Positions 40,048-49,811 of a DNA stretch of 64,000 bases are shown piece after piece. The stretch is from positions 239,254 to 303,253 of the forward strand of contig CAVZTR010000012.1 in the NCBI GenBank assembly GCA_963778225.1, read 5' to 3'. This stretch comes from an uncultured Alphaproteobacteria bacterium (lineage in GTDB: Bacteria; Pseudomonadota; Alphaproteobacteria; Rhizobiales; Hyphomicrobiaceae). The position numbers and the translations under genes are program-made. Each line of letters begins with the position of its first letter. Positions within the stretch are counted from its first letter, which is position 1. The notes under the pieces are model-generated. The model was not told the DNA's origin. It ran no database searches and saw only the letters and a program-made list of their open reading frames with translations.

Positions 40048-41156
40048 GTGTCGTCCTCGTCGCCGATGCTCTTTTGCTTGCCGCGCGTGTGGCGCTCCTT
40101 GCGCTGCTCGGGCGTCTCGGTGAGCCCGAATTCGCCTGCGAGCTTGGGACCCAGTTGCTCCGCCAGATGCTTGCGCTTCACCACTTCGACGGCGCCTGGA
40201 ACTAGGTCGGTCAGTTCGAACGGTCCGAACGAAATACGGATAAGGCGCGAGACTTCGAGGCCGAGCGACGACATGACTTTGCGCACTTCGCGGTTCTTGC
40301 CTTCGCGAATGCCGATCGTGAGCCACGCGTTGGCGCCTTGCACCGTGTCCATCGTCGCGTCGATCGGTCCGTAACGGATGCCCTCGATCTCGATGCCATT
40401 TTTCAGCGCGTCGAGATCGGCCTGGGTGACGCGACCGCGCGCGCGAACGCGGTAGCGGCGCAGCCAACCGGTCGCCGGCAATTCCAAATGGCGCGCCAGC
40501 GCGCCGTCGTTTGTCAGCAAGAGAAGGCCTTCGGTATTGAAGTCGAGCCGGCCGATTGAGATCACCCGCGGCATTTCCGGCGGCAGTTTGTCGAATACGG
40601 TGGGGCGGCCTTGCGGATCCTGATGCGTCGTCACGAGACCCTTCGGCTTGTGGTAGCGCCACAGTCGGACCGGTTCGGCGGCAGGCAGCGGACGGCCATC
40701 GACCACGATCTTGTCGCCGGGGCCAACTTCGCAAGCGGGCGTTTCGAGGATCTTGCCGTTGACCGCAACGCGGCCATCCGCGATCCAGCGTTCGGCTTCG
40801 CGGCGCGAACAGAGGCCGGCGCGCGCCATCGCCTTGGCGATGCGCATGGGTTCACTCAGCGGCGCGGGTTCAGGCGCCTTCTGAGGTCCACCGGGCCGGG
40901 CGCCGGACGGCAGCGATCCGGCGGACCGCACTTTGCCGTGGCGAGGGCCTGACGCGCGGGGTTTGGACGGGTGGGGTTTAGACGGGCGATCATCGCCGCG
41001 CCTCTTGTCACCTCGATCTTCGCTCGACGCTTCGCGGCGGTCACCGCTGCGCGAGCCCGGACGGGCATCCTTTCGAGCGGCGTCGCGGCCTTCGGGGCGG
41101 CCGGGTCCTTTACCGCCTCCGCGAGGCGGGCGTTGACCGGAAAAAGGTTTGCGCAT
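40044..41156 (-). CDS. rluB: 23S rRNA pseudouridine synthase RluB with an Arg/Gly-rich N-terminal extension
   Basis: S4 domain (MRIAKAMARAGLCSRREAERWIADGRVAVNG) and RsuA/RluB catalytic motif (GRLDFNTEGLLLLTNDG). Start at ATG 41156. Confidence 0.88.
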   Translation of the reverse strand: MRKPFSGQRPPRGGGKGPGRPEGRDAARKDARPGSRSGDRREASSEDRGDKRRGDDRPSKPHPSKPRASGPRHGKVRSAGSLPSGARPGGPQKAPEPAPLSEPMRIAKAMARAGLCSRREAERWIADGRVAVNGKILETPACEVGPGDKIVVDGRPLPAAEPVRLWRYHKPKGLVTTHQDPQGRPTVFDKLPPEMPRVISIGRLDFNTEGLLLLTNDGALARHLELPATGWLRRYRVRARGRVTQADLDALKNGIEIEGIRYGPIDATMDTVQGANAWLTIGIREGKNREVRKVMSSLGLEVSRLIRISFGPFELTDLVPGAVEVVKRKHLAEQLGPKLAGEFGLTETPEQRKERHTRGKQKSIGDEDDT

Positions 41157-41210
41157 CAGATGCGGGCTCTTTGCAATTGGGCGGACGAACCGCTCGTTCG
41201 GGAAGCCCTT

Positions 41211-41672
41211 ATGACACCGCCCGTGAAGCCCGGCCACATGGAACTCGCGCTCGCGGAAGCGCGGCTCGCCGCAGGACGGGGCGAGGTGCCAGTCGGGGCT
41301 GTGGTGGTCGCGCCGGACGGGAGCGTCGTGGCCAGTGCCGGCAACCGGACGCGCGAACTCTGCGATCCCACAGCTCATGCCGAAGTTCTGGCCATTCGCG
41401 CAGCGTGCGGTGCGATGCAGTCCGAACGGTTACCGGACCACGACCTCTACGTCACGCTGGAGCCCTGCCCCATGTGCGCGGCCGCAATCTCGTTCGCCCG
41501 CATTCGGCGGCTCTACTACGGTGCTGCCGACCCGAAAGGGGGCGGCGTCGAACATGGGGCGCGCATCTTCTCGCAGCCGACGTGTCATCACACGCCCGAA
41601 GTCTATCCGGGTATCGGTGAAGACGAAGCGAGCCTGATCCTGAAATCGTTCTTCGCCGAGAGGCGCGGTTAA
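41211..41672 (+). CDS. tadA: tRNA adenosine(34) deaminase TadA
   Basis: HAEVLAIR and PCPMCAAA zinc-binding CDA motifs. Start at ATG 41211, divergent from rluB. Confidence 0.9.
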   Translation: MTPPVKPGHMELALAEARLAAGRGEVPVGAVVVAPDGSVVASAGNRTRELCDPTAHAEVLAIRAACGAMQSERLPDHDLYVTLEPCPMCAAAISFARIRRLYYGAADPKGGGVEHGARIFSQPTCHHTPEVYPGIGEDEASLILKSFFAERRG

Positions 41673-42704
41673 CGGCTCGACTTTGGCGTTCGTTTCAGTG
41701 CCTTGAGGCGGCGAAGGAGGCGCGGTTGTTCCGCTGTCACAACGGCCGTTGCCGACTCGGAACGCGGCACCGGCAGCGCGCGCGTCTCGGCCATTTGAAT
41801 TGGTAGCGTTTCCGCGCCCAGGATGCGGTCGAGCTTTACCTTCAGGTCTTCCTTTGCCGGAATAGCAGCGGCGAGAATGTCGTCGATTTTCCAAATGTCG
41901 AGCAGTTGGAAATGGCTCGTTCCTGCTTGGATCAGCACGTCGGGCTGCTGCGACTTCAGTTTTTCGCGAATGATGGTGCGCTCGAAAATGAAAGATGCGG
42001 CGAAGAGCGATTCCGTGGCGGTCGGGTGAGCCCGATTGGGAGCGGGTACTGGGACGCCAGATACATCGATCGCAACCGTGATGTCGCATCCCTCGCGCAC
42101 AAGATCATAGGGGAGCGGATTGACGAGGCCGCCATCCACGTAAGCGCGACCGTCGACCACGATCGGTTCAAAAATCGCCGGCAGCGCCATGCTTGCAGCC
42201 ACCGCCTGGCGCAGCGAACCGGTTTCGAAAACGCGCGCATCGAGGGCGTAGAAGTCGGTTGCTACGATCTTCATGGGGATCTCAAGATCGGCGAAATCGC
42301 GCGCAACGCGGGTGGGGTAGATGATCTCCAGAACGGCTTGCGGTGAGAGCACAGCATTCATCGGCGAAAAAATGCGAGAGACGCGCGGCAGCGTGCGTGC
42401 GCGTGCCGTGAAGAGATCGCGCATCAGGTCTAATCGGCCCGAAAGGATCTCCTGCATCTGGGCGCGAATCTCGCGTGCGGCCATTCCCGAAGCGTAAGCC
42501 GCGCCAATGACGGCGCCGATGGAGGTGCCGGCCATAATCTTCGGCCGTAGTCCCAGTTCGTCGAAGGCTTCGAGCATGACGACGTGAGCCAAGGCCGCGC
42601 GCGCCGCCGCCGCCCAGCGCGAGACCGATTGTCGGCACTCCGGTGCGAACCGGCGGCCGCAGTGATGCGGAGATCAGTTCGGTCGATGTCGGTTTCGCGT
42701 TCAT
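41669..42704 (-). pseudogene. patatin-like phospholipase, interrupted by one frameshift near the N-terminus
   Basis: ORF 42282..42704 starts MNAK...IGLALGGGGARGL (oxyanion-hole motif) and then goes out of frame. ORF 41669..42592 continues AHVVMLEAFDELGL...GTSIGAVIGAAY (GxSxG) and a DGG motif. The junction is at about 42586-42597. Confidence 0.75.
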
Positions 42705-42806
42705 GGCCGGACCTCACTGCGGTTCAGCATGGCGGTGATGACGGAAAAAACAAGAGCCGGGAGGCTATCGCCACCCGGCCCATTTCAGACTCTACCAGTC
42801 CGTTCT

Positions 42807-43775
42807 TCAGGCCAATTTGAAGGGCATGTCCTTGCCGGCGAAGAAGGCATCGATGTTGTCGAGCGCTTCGAAGCCCATCTGATTGCGCGCTTCGACAGCG
42901 GCCGATCCCAAGTGCGGGAACAAGAACGTGTTCGGCAGGTCGTAGTAGCCTTCGTTGATGTTGGGCTCGCCAGCGAAGACGTCGAGACCGGCATAGGCCA
43001 AGCGGCCGGACTTCAGTGCTGCGATCATGTCCTCGTCGTTGACGAGATCACCGCGTGCCGTGTTCACGACGATGGCACCGTGCGGCAGTTTTTCGATCGT
43101 GGCCTTGTTGAAGAAGCCGCGCGTTTCCGGCGTTGATGGCGCATTGATCGAGAAGAACTGCGAGACGGCGAGGAGGCTGTCGAGGCTCTCGTGGTAGGTG
43201 GCGTTGTATTTGTTTTCTACGTCGGGTTTGGCGCGGTAGATGTCGTAGTAGTGGATTTCCATGTCGAACCCGCGGGCGCGCTGAGCGAGCGCCTGGCCGA
43301 TCTTGCCGAAGCCGTAGATGCCGAGTTTCTTATTGTCGAGGCGCTGGCCGACGAGTTGCAGGGGCTGCCAACCAGGCCAGCGGCGTTGACGGATCATGGC
43401 CTCGCCCTCGCCTGCCCGGCGTGCCGCACCCAGCAGCAGGAGCATGGCAATTTCAGCGGTCGCGACGGTGACGCCGTGGGGCGCGTTTCCGACCTTAATC
43501 CCGCGCTGCTTGCAGGCCTCCAGATCGATATGGTCGAAGCCGATCGAAAAGGTCGAGATGCACTTGATGTTCTCGGGGATGCGCGCGATCACGTCGGCGC
43601 GGCACTTCTCATTGAGCGTCAGGAGGATCGCGTCAACCGACTTGGCCGTCTCCAGCATCTCGTCGATGGTGATCTTGGGGTTATCCCCGTGCGCGATGAC
43701 GTCATAGGTTTCCCGGGCGCGGGCCATAACGGCATCCGGCAGAGGCCAGGTGATCAGAATTTTCTTCTTTGACAT
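42807..43775 (-). CDS. hprA: D-glycerate dehydrogenase / hydroxypyruvate reductase (serine-cycle type D-2-hydroxyacid dehydrogenase)
   Basis: MSKKKILITWPLP...GIYGFGKIGQALA (NAD-binding GxGxxG)...FDVFAGEPNINEGYYDLPNTFLFPH. From memory, very similar to the structurally characterised Hyphomicrobium glycerate dehydrogenase. Confidence 0.9.
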   Translation of the reverse strand: MSKKKILITWPLPDAVMARARETYDVIAHGDNPKITIDEMLETAKSVDAILLTLNEKCRADVIARIPENIKCISTFSIGFDHIDLEACKQRGIKVGNAPHGVTVATAEIAMLLLLGAARRAGEGEAMIRQRRWPGWQPLQLVGQRLDNKKLGIYGFGKIGQALAQRARGFDMEIHYYDIYRAKPDVENKYNATYHESLDSLLAVSQFFSINAPSTPETRGFFNKATIEKLPHGAIVVNTARGDLVNDEDMIAALKSGRLAYAGLDVFAGEPNINEGYYDLPNTFLFPHLGSAAVEARNQMGFEALDNIDAFFAGKDMPFKLA

Positions 43776-44000
43776 AGGTTGCGTATCCTACCCGGGGTTC
43801 GACTTTCGTTGAGGATCGCCCCTCATGCCGCAAGGGCGGGCGGCTGACAAGGGTTGTGGCGGCGCGGAATTGCGCGTTGCAGCGCGGCACAGCGGCTTAC
43901 TCTTTCTTCACCCGGATCAGCGACACTGTTTAATGGTTGCAGCAGCCCCTCCCGCCGTTTCGCGGGCCATCGGGCGTGACGTCAGCGAAGGAAGCCCGCG

Positions 44001-44381
44001 ATGCGCGCGGTGGTCATCATTCTAGCGCTCCTGGTCGCCGCCAAGGTCTGGGCTCAAGACAAGCTCCACCGTGAGGCGGCCAATGAGGCCCTGCTGGCGG
44101 CTTATCAGCTGCACGCTCAAGCCGCCTGTTCCGAAAGGCCCCAGACGGACGCGCGCGGCATGCCCGTCGCTGTCGGATCGGTCAACTGGAAGCAGCCAGA
44201 GACGGCGGAAATACTGCTCGGCAATCCGAGATTGAGTGTGCCGATCTGGCAGTTGGAGCATCCGCTCTGGAACGCCCGCTATAAAAATCCCGTCTTGCGG
44301 CTGACGGTGGGCGATCGCTTCTCGCGGCTTGCCTGCGACTATGACGTGATGAACGGCAAAGCCGAGTTGCTGGTGCTCTAG
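44001..44381 (+). CDS. hypothetical secreted protein
   Basis: 126 aa with a signal peptide (MRAVVIILALLVAAKVWA). No family recognised. Confidence 0.55.
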   Translation: MRAVVIILALLVAAKVWAQDKLHREAANEALLAAYQLHAQAACSERPQTDARGMPVAVGSVNWKQPETAEILLGNPRLSVPIWQLEHPLWNARYKNPVLRLTVGDRFSRLACDYDVMNGKAELLVL

Positions 44382-44388
44382 CCGTTCC

Positions 44389-45099
44389 TCAGCGCCGCGT
44401 TCCCTGCACCGCAATCTGAGTCATGAAGAGATGATCGAGGCGGCCCGAGGTCCAGCGCGAGATCAATTCGACGCGTGGCGAGAATGGGTTGACCGGGCCG
44501 ACATGATTGATGCGAAAGCCTGCGGTCTCGAACATCGCGGCGAAGGTGGCCGGCGTGAACCACCGCAGGTGCGTGCGGTCGAAGACGCCTTGATCGGCAA
44601 GGTCGAAATGGCCCTTCGCCAATTCGCGCAATACCTTCCAGTGAGCGATGTTGGGCGAGCTTGCCAGCACCATTCCGCCCGGACGAATGAAGCGCGACAG
44701 ACGGCGCAGCAGGGCGCCCGGTTCCACGAGGTGCTCCAGCACTTCCGATAGAATGAGCGCGTCAAATTCGGCCGGCTGCCATTCGAAATCCATGCGCTCG
44801 ACGTCGCCGATGAGAACGTCCGAAAGCACGGCGCGCGCCTGTTTGGCGTAGCTCTCCATCAATTCGACGCCGACATAGTGCCCTGCCCGACCGCGAGCCA
44901 TGGCTAGGGCGCCGGTGGCGCCGTTGCCGCACCCGATCTCGAGGACGCGGGCGGTGGGGTCACGGGGCAGAAGGCGCACGAAATCGGCGCGCGCATTGGT
45001 GAAGTAACTCGTTGCCTTGCCTTCGTAGGCCGATACCAGCTGGCCGGCCGGTGACAAAGTTTCGGTCGTCACGTTCAAATCCCCGCATGACTCATTCAA
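44389..45099 (-). CDS. class I SAM-dependent methyltransferase
   Basis: VLEIGCGNGATG motif I, DALILSEVLEH, 236 aa. Confidence 0.8.
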   Translation of the reverse strand: MNESCGDLNVTTETLSPAGQLVSAYEGKATSYFTNARADFVRLLPRDPTARVLEIGCGNGATGALAMARGRAGHYVGVELMESYAKQARAVLSDVLIGDVERMDFEWQPAEFDALILSEVLEHLVEPGALLRRLSRFIRPGGMVLASSPNIAHWKVLRELAKGHFDLADQGVFDRTHLRWFTPATFAAMFETAGFRINHVGPVNPFSPRVELISRWTSGRLDHLFMTQIAVQGTRR

Positions 45100-45344
45100 T
45101 TAACAATAAGGCGCACTTCTCAACGAGGCGTTTACGGCCGCATTCGGAATGGCAAACAAATGGTTTCGCGAGACTCTGGAAATTACTTACAAGATGTAAA
45201 TTACGGAATTTGCGCGGTTTTTTCTCATTCTTGTTAGCTCGCTTTTAATACTAACAGCGCTCTTTTGAAAGGTGCGGTGGAGGTATGTCTCCGGGCACGC
45301 CTTTTCCGCGTCGGATTCGCACTCGTGTAATTTGAGTTTTGCGT

Positions 45345-45932
45345 ATGTCACTCGTCAGTGCGTTCAAATGCTGTGTCGCTGCAATGTCGGCAGGACTGCT
45401 TGTCTCCGCCTGCGCGGAGACGATCGGACCGGCCCCGGCTAGCTTTATGACCGAGGGTACGCCCTCGGCGCTTGGCGCCTCATACCGTCTCGGCATCGGC
45501 GACAAGCTGAAAATCAATGTCTTCGGTGAAGAGAGCCTGTCGGGCCCCGTCGAGGTGAATGCTGCCGGACAGGTGGCGCTGCCCCTTGCCGGCGAAGTTC
45601 CCGCTCAGGGCAAGACCATCACCCAGTTTCGCGAAACGGTCGCGCAACGGCTGGCGGATGGTTACCTCAAGAACCCCAAGATTACCGTCGAGATCACAAA
45701 CTACCGCCCCTTCTACATCCACGGCGAGGTGAAGAGCGGTGGCGAATTTGGCTACAAAACCGGTCTGAAATTGCGAGACGCGATCGCAATCGCGGGCGGC
45801 TACACGTACCGCGCCGATCAGACCTACGCGATCGTCTCGCGTGAAGGAGCGGGCGAGGTTCGCATTCCAACGAACGGCACCGTCACCATCCTACCCGGGG
45901 ACAATGTGCGCATTCCCGAGCGATTCTTTTAG
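45345..45932 (+). CDS. polysaccharide export outer-membrane lipoprotein (Wza/ExoF-like, Poly_export + SLBB)
   Basis: Lipobox LLVSAC, then YRLGIGDKLKINVFGEESLSG and ...PFYIHGEVKSGG... typical of polysaccharide export proteins. ATG 45345 is preferred over TTG 45339. Confidence 0.85.
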   Translation: MSLVSAFKCCVAAMSAGLLVSACAETIGPAPASFMTEGTPSALGASYRLGIGDKLKINVFGEESLSGPVEVNAAGQVALPLAGEVPAQGKTITQFRETVAQRLADGYLKNPKITVEITNYRPFYIHGEVKSGGEFGYKTGLKLRDAIAIAGGYTYRADQTYAIVSREGAGEVRIPTNGTVTILPGDNVRIPERFF

Positions 45933-45958
45933 TCGAACCCAGCGAGCCGAGAACACCC

Positions 45959-47326
45959 GTGAAGCCCAGCTCCACCAGTGCTGACCACAGAAGGCCGCGC
46001 CGCGACGCGCAGGCCTTCGCGTGCGCAGCGGCGGCTGCAGCTTTCAGCGCTGCACCGTTCAGTGGAGCTCTCGCCATTGACGTCGACTACAATGCTGACC
46101 TCATCACCGATACGATTGCCAGCCAAGAGATACGGAAGGATTGGATGGAGGCGCGCAAGTATGGCGCGCAGACGGTGGCCGAAGCGGATCGCGGGTTTGC
46201 GGCGCCGGAAGGCATTCGGATGGGGAATTTCTTCATATACCCATCGATCACCGAAACGATTGCGTACGATTCCAATATCTACGGACTTGCCGATGATCCG
46301 ATCGCCGATTGGCGGTTCATAACGGCACCGACGTTGACCATCCAGTCGCAGTTGCCACGGCATTATTTCGATATGACCGTCTTCGGCCGCTTCATGAATT
46401 TCGCCGAAAACACCGATCAGAATTATGCCAACTTCGGCGGTGCGGCGCGCGGCGCTGTGCATATCGATCACGCGCATACGTTCTCCGTCAGTGCGGTTGC
46501 CAAGCGCGACCATGAAGAGCGCTCCGCGATCACCGCTTCTCTTGCGGCGGCGGAGCCGGTTCCCGTCGATCAATTCCGCGCCTCCGTCGGCCTGACCCGT
46601 GACGTCGGCCGCCTCTACGGCACGGTCTCGGCAACGGCTGAAAAGCTCGACTACCACAGCGTTCCTGCCATCGGTGGCGGAACGCTCAGCCAGGCGTATC
46701 GCGATCAGGAACTCTATGCGGCGCAGCTGCGCGCCGGCTATCGCATCTCGCCCGGCTTCGACTTCGTGGCCAATTTGCGCGGCATCAAGCAATTCAACGA
46801 ACCCGAGGCGCCTGGCCTCGGCAACCGCAATTCGGAAGGCTACGAGATCTCGGCGGGGCTCGCCTTCGAGACGGATCCACTGGTGCGCTGGCGCCTGCTC
46901 GGCGGCTACGGCATGCGTGATTACGAGCGATCGGATCTTGGAACCGTCTCGACATCGCTTCTGGAGGCGCAGGTTACTTGGTTGGCCACGGACCGGCTCA
47001 CGCTTTCGGCCACTGCTTCGCGCAATATCGCCGATGATTTCGGCGCGGACGACAGCGGTCGCATCGAAACCTCAGCCATCGCGTCGGCCGACTACGAAAT
47101 TCGGCATGATCTCTTTGCGACCGCAAACGTCGGCTTTGCGAATGTCGACTTCATCGGCAGCACGCGCGAGGACGAGGTGTTCGAGACCGGCGCTTCGCTT
47201 CGGTACCACTACACCAAGAACATGCTGTTTACGCTCGGCTACACATATGAAACCCGCGACTCGAACGATCCCAGCTTCGACTTCGATCGCAGCATCGTCC
47301 GCGCTGGCGGCACGTTGAAATTCTAA
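45959..47326 (+). CDS. outer-membrane beta-barrel protein associated with polysaccharide export
   Basis: 455 aa with a signal-like N-terminus, alternating beta-strand pattern and a C-terminal ...RAGGTLKF (terminal Phe) typical of OM barrels. Located between the wza-like and wzc-like genes. Confidence 0.7.
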   Translation: MKPSSTSADHRRPRRDAQAFACAAAAAAFSAAPFSGALAIDVDYNADLITDTIASQEIRKDWMEARKYGAQTVAEADRGFAAPEGIRMGNFFIYPSITETIAYDSNIYGLADDPIADWRFITAPTLTIQSQLPRHYFDMTVFGRFMNFAENTDQNYANFGGAARGAVHIDHAHTFSVSAVAKRDHEERSAITASLAAAEPVPVDQFRASVGLTRDVGRLYGTVSATAEKLDYHSVPAIGGGTLSQAYRDQELYAAQLRAGYRISPGFDFVANLRGIKQFNEPEAPGLGNRNSEGYEISAGLAFETDPLVRWRLLGGYGMRDYERSDLGTVSTSLLEAQVTWLATDRLTLSATASRNIADDFGADDSGRIETSAIASADYEIRHDLFATANVGFANVDFIGSTREDEVFETGASLRYHYTKNMLFTLGYTYETRDSNDPSFDFDRSIVRAGGTLKF

Positions 47327-47342
47327 GGACCACCACCACCCG

Positions 47343-49619
47343 ATGAGTACGATGGACACAGGCATGGAAGACAGCGGCGGCGGGGCATTCAGCCTCGAGC
47401 GCGCCTTCAATGCCGTGCGCCGGCGTCTGCCTCTCATTGGAGCGGTGACGACGGCCGTGACGCTCGCAGCCATCGCCTTCTCGATGACGCTTCCGAACCG
47501 CTACGACGGCGTTGCAGTGGTGCAGATCGATCCACGCAAGAAGTCGATTTCTCAATTCGAAGGGGTTGTGGAGGATCTGAAAGGCGATAGTGCGTCGATC
47601 GACAGCGAAGTCGAAGTTATCTCATCGCGCGCCGTTGCGTTGAAAGTGATCGACGTCTTGAACCTCCGCGACGACCCGGAGTTCCGGCCGCAGTCGACGG
47701 TGCGGCACGTGTTCCGGATACTCGGCCTCAACGGGTATCTGCCCGCAGAGCAGCCGATGGAGCCCTCTCATCACGTCAAGAGCGAGCGCCGGCTCGATCA
47801 GGATCCTAACGGTACTCTTGTCGGGCGCAATCAACCCGGCGAGGCGACGCCAGAACGGGACGAACTCGCGACCGCGTTTCAAGAGCGGCTCAAGGTCTCG
47901 CGTGTGCGCATGACGCTGCTCTTGGAGATCAAGTTTACCGCGGGCGATCCGATCAAGGCGGCGCGCATCGCCAATACCATCGCCGAAATCTATCTTGCCA
48001 ACAACCTTGCCAACAAGAAGCAGGCCAGCGGGTTTGCGACTGATCTTCTCGAGGGCAAGCTTGCGGAGATGCAGGAGCGCGTGGCCCAGGCCGAGCGCAA
48101 GGTGGCAATGTATAAATCCGACAACAACATCTTCGACTCGGAAGGCAATATCCTTTCCGAGAAAGAGCTGGCGCGGTTGATGGAGCAGACGGTCGCGGCG
48201 AGGAATACCACGGCCGAAGCCAAGGCCAAGTACGAGAACGCGCAGCGCCTCGCGACGACAATCGGGGGGACGGCGACAATTGCGGAAGTGCTCGGCAGCG
48301 ATTCGATCCGCCTATTGAAGGAATCCGTCTCGGGAGCGCGCAAACGTGAGGCGGAGCTGGGCACGCGCTATGGTCCCCGCCACCCGGAGATGCAAAAGGT
48401 GCGGGCTGAGATTGCCGAAGCCGAGAGCCAGCTTGCTGTCGAAATCGGACGGCAGGTCGCCAACCTTCGAAACGAGTATGTCGTCGCCGAACGACGTGAA
48501 ATGCAGCTTCGCCAGTCTCTCACGACGCTCAAGGAGCAGGAGGCCGCCACCAAGGAAGCGTCGGTCAAGCTGTCGGAATTGCAGCGGGAGGCGTTGACGT
48601 CCAAGCAGCTCTACGAGTCGCTGCTCGGCCGCTACAAGCAGACATCGGAAACGCAGGATCTTCAGCTGCCGGATGCGCGGATCGTCGAGCAGGCTGACGT
48701 GCCGCTCCATCCCTCCTCGCCCAAGCGGAAGCAAATCGTGCTGATCGCTCTCATCGCCGGCTTCGGTCTGGGCATGATGCTGGCGCTCGGCCTCGAATTC
48801 GCGACGCCCGGCGTCAGCCACCCCGACGATGTCGAGCGGAGCCTCGAGGTCGCATACATGGCATCTGTACCCGCCATCGCCATCCAGGGGCCCGGCGTCG
48901 ATCCTCTGCGATCGATCCGGCTCGTGCTGGCCGAACCACGCGGCATTTTTGCGGAAAGCGTGCGCGGCATCCGGCGTGAACTCGATATGCGGCACCGGTC
49001 CGGCACGTCGCGGGTGATCATGCTTGCCTCGAGCCTGCCTGGCGAAGGCGCCGACATCATCGCTTCGAACCTCGCCCATCATTACGCATTGACCGGACAA
49101 CGCGTTCTGCTCATCGACGGTGATCTGAGGCGGGCGCCGCTGACGCGGAAACTGGCGCCGCAGCGGACGCGCGGACTGCTCGACGCGCTCGTGCACGGTC
49201 TGCCGGTCGAGAGCGCAATCCTGCATGATACGGCGTCGGACCTCTACTTCCTGCCGGCGATGAGCCCGACACCTTTGGAAACAGCACGCCCGGAAATGCT
49301 CGCGTCGCGCCGCATGGCCGAGACCATTCAGAGCCTGACGCAGCAGTTCGACGTCATCATCATCGATGCGCCGCCACTGTTGCCGGTGGTCGACGCCCGC
49401 ATCCTCGCCGACTATGCCGATCAGATCGTGTTCGTCACGACGTGGCGGCAGACGCCGAAACAGCTCGCCAAGCGCGCGCTGCAGTCTCTCGGGTTCAACC
49501 ACGCCAAGGTCGCCGGCGTCGTGATGAACAAAGTTGCGCAGCACGCTCTGGAAGACAGCTACGCGCTCGGCACCCGAATGGGTTCGCCCGCGCCGAGGCG
49601 GCTCGCACGGGCAGCTTGA
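47343..49619 (+). CDS. polysaccharide co-polymerase / tyrosine autokinase (Wzc/ExoP/GumC-like)
   Basis: Wzz-type N-terminal TM, long coiled-coil periplasmic region, second TM, and a C-terminal P-loop-like ATPase domain (MLASSLPGEGAD, VIIIDAPPLLPVVDA). Confidence 0.88.
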   Translation: MSTMDTGMEDSGGGAFSLERAFNAVRRRLPLIGAVTTAVTLAAIAFSMTLPNRYDGVAVVQIDPRKKSISQFEGVVEDLKGDSASIDSEVEVISSRAVALKVIDVLNLRDDPEFRPQSTVRHVFRILGLNGYLPAEQPMEPSHHVKSERRLDQDPNGTLVGRNQPGEATPERDELATAFQERLKVSRVRMTLLLEIKFTAGDPIKAARIANTIAEIYLANNLANKKQASGFATDLLEGKLAEMQERVAQAERKVAMYKSDNNIFDSEGNILSEKELARLMEQTVAARNTTAEAKAKYENAQRLATTIGGTATIAEVLGSDSIRLLKESVSGARKREAELGTRYGPRHPEMQKVRAEIAEAESQLAVEIGRQVANLRNEYVVAERREMQLRQSLTTLKEQEAATKEASVKLSELQREALTSKQLYESLLGRYKQTSETQDLQLPDARIVEQADVPLHPSSPKRKQIVLIALIAGFGLGMMLALGLEFATPGVSHPDDVERSLEVAYMASVPAIAIQGPGVDPLRSIRLVLAEPRGIFAESVRGIRRELDMRHRSGTSRVIMLASSLPGEGADIIASNLAHHYALTGQRVLLIDGDLRRAPLTRKLAPQRTRGLLDALVHGLPVESAILHDTASDLYFLPAMSPTPLETARPEMLASRRMAETIQSLTQQFDVIIIDAPPLLPVVDARILADYADQIVFVTTWRQTPKQLAKRALQSLGFNHAKVAGVVMNKVAQHALEDSYALGTRMGSPAPRRLARAA

Positions 49620-49811
49620 TCCGGCTCGGGGTCTGATGCAGCGGGTGCGGCAGGTAACTGCCATCATTGTTTCGGCAGATGGCCGGCCAAATGCAAACGA
49701 AAGGCCCCTTTTTTCAATAAAGTTTTAGCGGGTTGGGTGCACGATCGTCAGCGAAATCTGTAGGTCCTTGCCAGCAACTCATCGTGGCATGGACGCATAC
49801 CTGGAGTTGCT

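Noticed and set aside
39487-40734. 415-aa minus-strand ORF suggesting a much longer RsmD
   Set aside because: The upstream 229 codons overlap rluB in another frame and are Arg/Pro-rich nonsense. The RsmD homology begins at the GTG at 40047, which overlaps the rluB stop.
40971-41210. N-terminal extension of tadA (track ORF starts at 40971)
   Set aside because: The extension overlaps the rluB coding region on the opposite strand and is not TadA-like. The ATG at 41211 gives a normal-length deaminase.
48312-49667. 451-aa minus-strand ORF; similar long antisense ORFs at 14047..15117, 8880..9788, 10194..11453, 16528..17520 and 62050..63000
   Set aside because: Each lies opposite a gene with clear family motifs (wzc-like, GS-like, CoA-transferase, carbamoyltransferase, TonB receptor). 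Each has low-complexity Arg/Gly/Asp-rich translations and no recognisable domains.
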